Position numbers and translations under genes: made by a program. From contig NEEC01000002.1 of NCBI GenBank assembly GCA_002189035.1, positions 6,758,001 to 6,822,000 on the forward strand: a stretch of 64,000 bases of DNA, in the 5' to 3' direction. The notes under the pieces are model-generated. The model ran no database searches. It saw nothing but the letters and a program-made list of their open reading frames with translations, and was not told the origin of the DNA. Origin of the DNA: Utricularia gibba (taxonomy: Eukaryota > Plantae > Magnoliophyta). This document shows, piece after piece, positions 23,886 to 33,500 of this stretch. Numbering within the stretch: the first letter of the stretch is position 1; every line of letters begins with the position of its first letter.

Positions 23886-25010
23886 ATGGAACCAAGATCA
23901 AGAGAGGCAACAAGGCCACGAAATCAGCAAGGTGAAGTCCCAAATTGGATCTTTATTGCAGGCAGTGCTCTGCTGAGTGCTTTGTCAATTCGCCTGGGTT
24001 ATAAGCTCAAGCAGGTTTTTGATGCTAAAGAAAAGGGAATAGTAGCGAAAATTCGAAAGGTGTGCAAATTGATTCTTGTGGTTTACTTCGGAGCTAGTAT
24101 CGGTAGTATTTGAAAGCGGTTCACATTGCAGTAAATAGGAAAGCTCCTGACGGTAAGACGCCAGGGAACAGCAATGTGCACTCAAATACCTTTTCTTTTA
24201 GACGAAACGAAGATGGTTACTTCACCTGTTGCAATGGTATGTCCTCCAATACATGAGTTTCAAAGTCTTTATTCTGGTTACCATTGTCTTTTAGCTGTCT
24301 TCCGCATTAAGAAGGTCGCAGGAATGTAGCAGAAGTAGCAGAAATGGCTCTTCCCCTTGTGACTCTTCCCACTTCTGAGTTCAGTAGAGACGGTGTTATG
24401 TTTTCCTCTTCTCCTGATCGCCTGGAGCCCCCCAGAAACCCTTCAACCAGTCAAATTGCTCAGATTCTGTCTCCGAATCAGGTTCTGATATTTTCACCAG
24501 ACGGGAAGTCATTCAAAAGCTGAGGCAGCAGTTGAAGCGACGAGATGATATGATACTAGAGATGCAGGATCAAATTGCACAACTTCAAAACACTCTGACT
24601 ACAGAGATTGCAAACTCATCCCATCTCCAGTCTCTGGTGGATGCCGCAAACAGGGACTTGTTCAACTCAGAAAGTGAGGTTCAGAAGCTACGAAAGGCGA
24701 TAGCAGACCACTGTGTTGGTCACACAAACCCTGGTGGCAGCCCCAGCACGGTTCTCCCTGGGCTTTAGAGCAGATAAACGGTCACCATGCCAATGGCTAC
24801 ACTGATGCGGAGAGCAATTTTGGCTCATCGCAGAGAGTTAAAGAAATGGAAAGGGTTGAGATGTTGAAGAGGGAAGTCAGAGAATTGAAGGATTTGATTG
24901 AAGGAAAAGACTACTTGCTACAAAGCTACAAGGAGCAGAAGTCCGAGCTCTCCATGAAGATCAAAGAGTTGCAGCAGAGATTGGATTCCCAACTCCCAAA
25001 CATCTTGTAG
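23886..25010 (+). CDS. Uncharacterised plant protein (N-terminal hydrophobic segment, C-terminal coiled coil), 3 exons, three apparent -1 frameshifts
   Basis: PNWIFIAGSALLSALSIRLGYKLKQ; ALPLVTLP; SESGSDIFTRREVIQKLRQQLKRRDDMILEMQDQI; LLQSYKEQKSELSMKIKELQQRLDSQLPNIL-TAG. A continuous frame needs +1 nt at ~24035-24039, 24428-24433 and 24756-24758. Introns are 24060-24131 and 24237-~24311/24314. It may be a pseudogene or contain consensus errors. Confidence 0.7.
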
Positions 25011-25505
25011 CTACATTTCTGCTCCTTGTGCATTCTTGCTCGGTTTTCCTTCTACTGCTGGTTCCTTTTCCCCTCTTACTAAACGGTAAGGTCTGCATCT
25101 TGGAAGCCTTTTACCTTCCTCCAAGCTGTTTGCGTTTTCCTTGTGTATATGCAGAAGGTGGAGTCACACTTCATCACTTTGTTTTTTTTTTTTTAATTTC
25201 GATTTGTGTTTTCGTGCCCTAGATTTCAATTATCCCCAAATTGGATATTTGGCTTCAAGTGAATGAATTTTGATTTATTTTATTTTTAAATGATATATTT
25301 GATTAAAAATTTATTTAATTAGGATTTTCAATAATATATTTATTGGATGAGGATGAAGAGGTGCAAATGTCGGGTTCGGACACGTTGTGGGATACGGGGC
25401 CCGCCGCCTCTGTTGGGTATTTATACGATAACCCAGGGGCGCTTGTACGAATCGTCTTGATTGTGGATCGAAATAGAACTGTGGGTATAATTTTTGTCAT
25501 TTGAA

Positions 25506-26403
25506 ATGGAGAACCTGTTCGGAAATCGGCAGAAATCTTTCTTGGTGGCTTCGCCGATTGAGGATGAGAAGATTGCACGATCGAAGAGCGTTACCGAAGG
25601 TCGATTACCTCCTCTCTTGTGTATTTTTTTGGACAATTTCCGTGTGTCGTTGGCTAGATTACCATCTGTTTGCAATTGGTCGGCGCAGAAAGTGTACGTG
25701 CCGGTGCTAAAGCAGCTGCTATCGCGTTCGTGGCCAGCGCGATACCCACTGTAAGTGAACTGAGTTTCAACGGGAACCCCAATGTGTCCAGATTCATCAA
25801 TTGCCAGTGGAGTTCATTCCGATTTTTCGATTCCTGGTTGTGATTTTTTCCTTAGTGATTAGAATCTTCGGAATATTTGCTAGACATTGAATCGCTATCT
25901 TATTCTCGAATGGAACTATTGCATTGTGGAATGGAAGCAGTCTCTCATTCTATGTTGGTTTCCCGAAGCACTTGAAACTGTCCCCCGAAGTTGTCCATAT
26001 GCTGTTTCCCATTCCTTCCGAGTAACATTACCCCGGAATGCTTTCTATGAACTTTGTTTGTTCATGTTATTGAAATTTTACCCAGACGCTGATTACAGGG
26101 TGCTACTGTTTTCTTGATAAAACCAAAAGGCAATGGAAATTCTCATCATGCACCATTATGCTTAACTTCTCAGGTGATCGTAGCTAGAAAGGTCCCTTGG
26201 GCGAAGGCACATCTCAACTATACAGCACAGGCGATGATCGTATCGGCTGGTATGTGGTCTCTCATTCATATTATGCTTTTGAACCTTCCTTCTCTAACTG
26301 GTCTCCTGATCGAATAAACAGCATCCATAGCTGCATACTTCATTGCTGCGGACAAAACCATCATGGCTTTTGCAAAGAAGAATGCGCATACAGGTCAGAT
26401 TAA
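25506..26403 (+). pseudogene. Degenerate or error-containing gene for an uncharacterised plant protein (3 putative exons)
   Basis: ATG 25506; donor GTAAGT at 25751; acceptor at 25883; probable intron 26100-26173. The segments FLDNFRVSLARL..CNWSAQKV, LNRYLILE..IVEWKQS..PYAVSHSFRVT and IVARK..GEGTSQLYST recall an uncharacterised monocot protein (memory only). The phases fit only with added bases near 25746 and 26194-26196. Confidence 0.4.
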
Positions 26404-27208
26404 CAAATAGTTGCTCTGGTGTTGGAACCCCATCCCCGGTCATCTGCTTAAATGGGGGGAAGCGATTCTAGTTTTCTGTTCTTGAAGCATCTGAAGCAGG
26501 CATCAACTTTTTAGCCTGAATGGAGATTTCTTACCAAGAACCCTCCTTGTTACGAGCTATGTTTTGCCCATTTTCCTAAATAACAACACTCTTCCAGTTC
26601 TTCAATTCCACAGCTTTATCGTGTCTGCGTTTTAGTCTGTACTCTATTCCTCCACCGAGAAAATGACCTTAAAAAACTTGAATATTTAACATTTTGGTAA
26701 AATAATTTCTTATTTTAAACATAAATTACGTCTTCAAATCAATTCAAATTTTTGCGTATCAAACATAATTAATTTCTAAAATTTAACGTACAAGCCATAA
26801 GGTATAATTAATTTTTAAAGTTATATATTTTAGATGGTTTTTATTTTTTATTATTTAAAAATCAAATATAATTAGAGTTTTTTACTATTTAAAAAATCGT
26901 TATAGTTGATTGGGAGTTAATTTTATTAAATTTTTTAATAATTAATAGTTATTAATATTAAATTATTAAGAATAAATTTTATAAATAATATGAATCACTT
27001 TTATTATCGTTATAAAACAATGAATATTAATTATTTAAATTTTTAAATAATTATATAATATTAAATAGTCAGAAGTATTTTTTTTGTAAGATATATTTAT
27101 TTGAATATTATTTTGGTGTGAAAACACTTATTATTGAGTGCGAAAGAGGCACACGAGAACATTGATTCGCATGAGCAATGAATCTGGTCGGCGTCGGCGT
27201 CGGCGCGG

Positions 27209-27557
27209 CTAAGTTGCGGTGCAGAGCAAGCGGCCGCTGGTGTTGTAGATTCTGCAGCCGGCGGCCGGAGCCAGGCAGCAGTTACAGACCGGCGTGAGGC
27301 GCTGATTTCCCGTCCCCGGGCAAGTCATGTAACCAAGAAACGCATAGCAGAACTCGGGGCAACCTCTGGGTCTCCCGGGAGTTTGTGCGGACACCGCTGC
27401 AACACACACTGCCCAACACAGGAAGAAAAAGAACAACAACAGAGAAACCCCCATTAACCAACCTATAGAAAAAGGAGGAGAACACAATTGAGCCGCAAAT
27501 GAGCTTACCCAGAAGGAGAAGAACGCAACGTGCGAAGCCAGATGCTGCGAACGCCAT
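27209..27557 (-). CDS. Single-domain potato type II (Pin-II) protease inhibitor, copy A
   Basis: Exon 1 27557-27509 (49 nt, signal peptide), phase-1 intron, exon 2 27408-27209. The mature domain CPEFCYAFLGYMTCPGTGNQRLTPVCNCCLAPAAGCRIYNTSGRLLC has the 8-Cys Pin-II spacing. Confidence 0.9.
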
Positions 27558-27607
27558 CTTCGTTGATCTGATGATTGATGGATCTTCCCCTGCGCCACCC
27601 TTCTTCT

Positions 27608-27817
27608 ATTTATACTCATCATTACCTTCTCCGAAAATAGTTAAAAACATGCATAGATTAGTCAAAGAAGAAACATTATTATTTTTTATTTCTGAGGCGG
27701 TCAGTCTGGATAAGAAGAAAAGACGAAGATGACGAAGTGGAAGCCATGGGAACAGGCGAAGTTTCAGACAATGTCACCGTCGATTTGTTTGACTGTCCGA
27801 AGGCTCGCAAGTATAAG
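27608..27817. promoter_or_regulatory. Shared divergent promoter of Pin-II A and B with two outward-facing TATA boxes
   Basis: TATAAAT on the minus strand at 27608-27614 (~50 nt from ATG 27557). TATAAG on the plus strand at 27812-27817 (~55 nt from ATG 27871). Confidence 0.55.
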
Positions 27818-27870
27818 TGCGTTACATGGCTTAGGGCAAACTCACCACACCCAATTCCTCCATACACCCG

Positions 27871-28195
27871 ATGGCATCCCTCTCTGCACGTCTCGGCCTG
27901 TGCGCTCTTCTGATCATGGGTAAGTTTACTCATTCAGCTGATGCAGTTGTAGCAACTTGAGACCTAATGTGTTTACTCTTGTGGGCTGGCAGCGGTTTTC
28001 GCGTTCGAACTCGACGTGGTGTCGGGGAGAGAGAACAACTGCCTCCAGTTCTGCTATGACGACGCTGCGTACATGACTTGCCCCTCCACCGGCGCCCAGA
28101 GGCTCTCGCCGGCCTGCAACTGCTGCCTGGCGAATGAAGATGGGTGCAGCATTTACGACAACAATGGCGGCTTGCTTTGCACCGACTCCCCTTGA
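27871..28195 (+). CDS. Single-domain Pin-II protease inhibitor, copy B (not in the ORF track)
   Basis: Exon 1 27871-27919 (49 nt, MASLSARLGLCALLIM), exon 2 27993-28195 (...CLQFCYDDAAYMTCPSTGAQRLSPACNCCLANEDGCSIYDNNGGLLCTDSP-TGA). 8 Cys; same intron phase as copies A and C. Confidence 0.9.
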
Positions 28196-28752
28196 GACAG
28201 AACCTCGATCCTGAACCCAATGGAATCATTGTTATGCATGTTGATTGTTTGTTGATCTTCGTAATAAAGTCTTTGATTGTTCTGAACCTCCATTTTGAAT
28301 CCCGTTTTCTTCTCCAATGGATTCGTGTTTCGGCCCCAAGAGCATGCGTTAAACCAAGCAAGGAACGATTTTCTTCAAGTGACGAAAACCAGAAGAAAGC
28401 GTATTCACAATGGGAACAGCACAAGCACTGCGTATCCACGACTCTTGTACGCAGACAAACAGTGAACCTAAACCGGTGCAGCAGTTGGAACTCGGGATTC
28501 ATGGAACGGCAGAAAATGCCCCATGAAGGGAACTCTACCGTCTCATGCATGAGGAGGGTAAAGTATTACAATAATGAAATTAAATTAAAATAATTAAGTA
28601 TATAATAAATTATATATCATTAATAATTGATTAGATCTATTTTTTTTAATGAAATCTATATTTTTTGTATATTAGGATTTTGCATGTCTTTGCTTGATGT
28701 ATCAAGTCTCTAATTTCAGTAAGAATAATTTCAAACATCTATATATGCGGAT

Positions 28753-28768
28753 AGAGAGAGAGAGAGAG
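28753..28768. repeat. (AG)8 microsatellite
   Basis: Read directly from the sequence. Confidence 0.85.
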
Positions 28769-29569
28769 TTACAAACACACGAACTTTCAAAAATTTTAAT
28801 ATTCTTATAAATCTTGAATATATATATTTTTTTGCAAAATAGGGGGATATTGCGCATTCTTATAATGATGAAGAACTATCCATTCTTGTTGAATTTAAGA
28901 ATTTTACATAACATCCAAATACATAAAAAATGTAACTCAAATTAAAAGATATTAAACCCAATTGATTACTAATAATCTATAATATAATCAACATTATAGA
29001 TATATTATCTATAAACACAATATTATAAGCATTATCAAACTTCCATATAGAGGCATAGAGATTAAGTGTTCTCTAGAATATAAATGTATCTTCCACCAAA
29101 CTTTCGAAAAAAGTTGAGAAATCACATTTTATGTGCCCACAAGAATTATTTAAGGTAGATATATTGTTAGATATGAAATTGATATTTTAAAATATTCACC
29201 ACACCTTTGTGGGCAAAGCTTATCATAGTGCCTTGATGGTAGACAATTCTCCTATAAACTCATGGGGCCCACTCTTGGTGGGGCCTACCTACTCGCCCAA
29301 AATAGTATCTTTCCAACCTCTCGTTCCGTGGTCTTGTTTGGTGGATGCATCGAGAAACACCTTATCCTCCGGCGACGTGTAACTGCGGAATTTTCCTCCA
29401 CGAGTTCCTCGTTTCCAGATCGATTATTTATTGTTTATCGCTTCCGGGAGTTGTTTTCTTGTGTGGATTTTTCAGACAGATGGTTGCCCAGTGGGAACGA
29501 TTTCCTTGCTTAGACTTTTCCGATCAGAAATCGGCATCGTGCCGTCGGCTTCATCGGACTGCCCTCATC

Positions 29570-29576
29570 TATAAAA
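29570..29576 (+). promoter_or_regulatory. TATA box of Pin-II copy C
   Basis: TATAAAA 50 nt upstream of ATG 29620. Confidence 0.6.
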
Positions 29577-29619
29577 GCTCGAAATCCTGAGTCCTGAAAC
29601 CACCCAGAGCTCCCCCAAG

Positions 29620-29968
29620 ATGGCATCCTCCTCCACACGTCTCTGCTTTTGCGCTTTCCTCATCCTTGGTACTGCACACTAACCTCTATCTAATCAGGTT
29701 TTCCGCTTGAGTTCGATCAATGGAACTAACGGGTGTTCTTTTTTTGTCTGTCTTTTCCTGTTGGTGACGAACAGCGGTCTTGGCTCAGGAATTCGACGTC
29801 GCAGCAGCGCAAAGGGTGTGCCCCCAGTTCTGCTTCGAGAATCGTGGCTACATGACGTGCCCCTCCACCGGCTTCCGGAGGCTCCCGCCGGCATGCAACT
29901 GCTGCGTGGCGCGCGAGCGCGGATGCAGGATTTACGACACCAGAAGCCGCTTGCTTTGCCGCGACTAA
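29620..29968 (+). CDS. Single-domain Pin-II protease inhibitor, copy C
   Basis: Exon 1 29620-29668 (49 nt), exon 2 29775-29968 (...CPQFCFENRGYMTCPSTGFRRLPPACNCCVARERGCRIYDTRSRLLCRD-TAA). 8 Cys. Confidence 0.9.
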
Positions 29969-30585
29969 GGATCCCAGCCATCCTTCTTGTCTTGGATTCA
30001 ACAAATAATGCAATAATAAGGTGCTGTGCCCTAAGTTCCTCGTCCTCCCTGTAACCGTACTGTACTGTCGTCTTTGAAGCTCGAATCTGAAGTTCAGCGT
30101 CACCTCAGTTGCTTTCTATAATGATAAAAAATAATTATGCAAATCATGAACAAAATATTAAATTAAATTAAATTAAATCATAAAATATATTGACTATATT
30201 TATTGGATTTTTCATAAATTAGAATCTTTAAAAAATTACTACGAATGGAACCATTATATATAAATAAATATACCCAGGATATTACAAACTTACCTACTAC
30301 TATATCTTTTTAATTTTATATTTTTATTTATTAAATATAAATATATATATATATAAATGATATGTTCCTTTTCTGAGCCAGTTTGTCGTTTCTCGGAAAA
30401 TGAATTAAAAAAAAAAAGGAAAATGGCGTTTGTCGTGGTTCGTCGGGAAGCGTCAGCGTAGCACCGGATAGCGGCATTAGGAAAGCATCAATGCCGAGAG
30501 AAGAGATCGATGTTGAGCCATGGAGGGAAAATGTGGTATTTGCGTTGCTCATCCTCACCCCCAATTGACCCCACAATCCTCTCCG

Positions 30586-33500
30586 CACAACCTCATGGTG
30601 ACCGCGTGCATCTTTGGATATCTAGTCGATATCTTGCAAACTGTGATAATTCACGTCGCACACGACACACAGTTTCAAAGCTCGTTCCGAGCTTGCCATC
30701 TTTCGTGTTGAGAACTTGTTCGTCCGAGGATGGATAAATGCTCGAAAGATTGACTTATATTAGCCTTGAGTTGTGCAACGAAGTGGCCACCACGTTCGCG
30801 ACGATGCGACTCGGGACATCCGACTCGATGCAAATGTGATTTTCGGTATGCAAAACATATGTATTTCATGAGACGATGTGAAATTTCAAATATCGAGATG
30901 ATCATTTAAGATGCTATGGGCGTGTGGCTAGCCACAACCTCATGGTGGCCTCGTGCACTGTTCGGTATTGGGTTGATATCTTGCAAATGATGATGAGTCA
31001 TGTTGCACATCGCATACCGTTTCGAAGCTCGTTCCGAGCCGGTCTTCTTTCGTGTGGAGAACTTGCTCGTCCGAGGAGGCACAAATGCTCGAAAGATTAC
31101 CTTATACAAGCCTTCAGATGTGCAACGAAGTGGCCACCACATTCGCGACGATGCGACTCGGAACACCCGACTCGATGCGAATGTGATTTTCGGCATGCAA
31201 GACATATGTATTTCATGGGACGATGTGAAATTTTTGATTTCGAGATGATCATTTAAGGGTGTGTCCCTAGCCACAACCTCATGGTGGCCTCGTGCACTCT
31301 TCGGTATCGAGTGGATATCTTGCGAACGATGATGAGTCATGTTGCGCATAGCATACCGTTTCGAAGCTCGTTCCGAGCCGGTCTTCTTTCGTGTTGAGAA
31401 CTTGTTCGTCCGAGGCTGCACAAATGCTCGAAAGATTGCCTCATATTAGCCTTCAGATGTGCAACGAAGTGGCCACCACATTCGCGAAAATGTGACTCGG
31501 GACACCTGACTCGATGCGAATGTGATTTTTGACATGCAAGACGTATGTATTTCATGTGACGATGTGAAATTTCGGATTTCGAGATGATCATTTAAGATGC
31601 CATGGGTGTGTGGCTAGCCACAACCTCATGGTGGCCTCGTGCACTCTTCGGTATCGAGTGGATATCTTGCGAACGGTGATGAGTCATGTTGCACATATCA
31701 TACCGTTTCGAAGCTCGTTCCGAGCCGGTCTTCTTTCGTGTTGAGAACTTGTTCGTCCGAGGCTGCACAAATGCTCAAAAGATTGCCTTGTATTAGCCTT
31801 CAGATGTGCAACGAAGTGCCACCACATTCGCGAAAATGTGACTCGGGATACCTGACTCGATGCGAATGTGATTTTTGACATGCAAGACGTATGTATTTCA
31901 TGTGACGATGTGAAATTTCGGATTTCGAGATGATCATTTAAGATGCCATGGGTGTGTGGCTAGCCACAACCTCATGGTGGCCTCGTGCACTCTTCGGTAT
32001 CGAGTGGATATCTTGCGAACAGTGATGAGTCATGTTGCACATATCATACCGTTTCGAAGCTCGTTCCGAGCCGGTCTTCTTTCGTGTTGAGAACTTGTTC
32101 GTCCGAGGCTGCACAAATGCTCGAAAGATTGCCTTATATTAGCCTTCAGATGTGCAACGAAGTGGCCACCACATTCGCGAAAATGTGACTCGGGACACCT
32201 GACTCGATGCGAATGTGATTTTTGACATGCAAGACGTATGTATTTCATGGACGATGTGAAATTTTGGATTTCGAGATGATCATTTAAGGGTGTGTCCCTA
32301 GCCACCACCTCATGGTGGCCTCGTGCACTCTTCGGTATCGAGTGGATATCTTGCGAACGGTGATGAGTCATGTTGCACATATCATACCGTTTCGAAGCTC
32401 GTTCCGAGCCGGTCTTCTTTCGTGTTGAGAACTTGTTCGTCCGAGGCTGCACAAATGCTCGAAAGATTGCCTTATATTAGCCTTCAGATGTGCAACGAAG
32501 TGGCCACCACATTCGCGAAAATGTGACTCGGGACACCTGACTCGATGCGAATGTGATTTTTGACATGCAAGACGTATGTATTTCATGTGACGATGTGAAA
32601 TTTCGGATTTCGAGATGATCATTTAAGATGCCATGGGTGTGTGGCTAGCCACAACCTCATGGTGGCCTCGTGCACTCTTCGGTATCGAGTGGATATCTTG
32701 CGAACGTGATGAGTCATGTTGCACATATCATACCGTTTCGAAGCTCGTTCCGAGCCGGTCTTCTTTCGTGTTGAGAACTTGTTCGTCCGAGGCTGCACAA
32801 ATGCTCGAAAGATTGCCTTATATTAGCCTTCAGATGTGCAACGAAGTGGCCACCACATTCGCGAAAATGTGACTCGGGACACCTGACTCGATGCGAATGT
32901 GATTTTTGACATGCAAGACGTATGTATTTCATGTGACGATGTGAAATTTCGGATTTCGAGATGATCATTTAAGATGCCATGGGTGTGTGGCTAGCCACAA
33001 CCTCATGGTGGCCTCGTGCACTCTTCGGTATCGAGTGGATATCTTGCGAACGTGATGAGTCATGTTGCACATATCATACCGTTTCGAAGCTCGTTCCGAG
33101 CCGGTCTTCTTTCGTGTTGAGAACTTGTTCGTCCGAGGCTGCACAAATGCTCGAAAGATTGCCTTATATTAGCCTTCAGATGTGCAACGAAGTGGCCACC
33201 ACATTCGCGAAAATGTGACTCGGGACACCTGACTCGATGCGAATGTGATTTTTGACATGCAAGACGTATGTATTTCATGGACGATGTGAAATTTGGATTT
33301 CGAGATGATCATTTAAGGGTGTGTCCCTAGCCACCACCTCATGGTGGCCTCGTGCACTCTTCGGTATCGAGTGGATATCTTGCGAACGGTGATGAGTCAT
33401 GTTGCACATATCATACCGTTTCGAAGCTCGTTCCGAGCCGGTCTTCTTTCGTGTTGAGAACTTGTTCGTCCGAGGCTGCACAAATGCTCGAAAGATTGCC

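Noticed and set aside
24035-24758. Programmed -1 ribosomal frameshifting as the explanation of the frame breaks
   Set aside because: There are no canonical X XXY YYZ slippery heptamers, and three such sites in one gene is implausible compared with homopolymer errors.
26606-26617. miR396-like 12-mer TTCCACAGCTTT
   Set aside because: Only 12 of 21 nt match, and I could find no complementary star arm.
27930-28550. 206-aa minus-strand ORF
   Set aside because: It is the antisense shadow of Pin-II copy B and its 3' UTR, with no recognisable domain.
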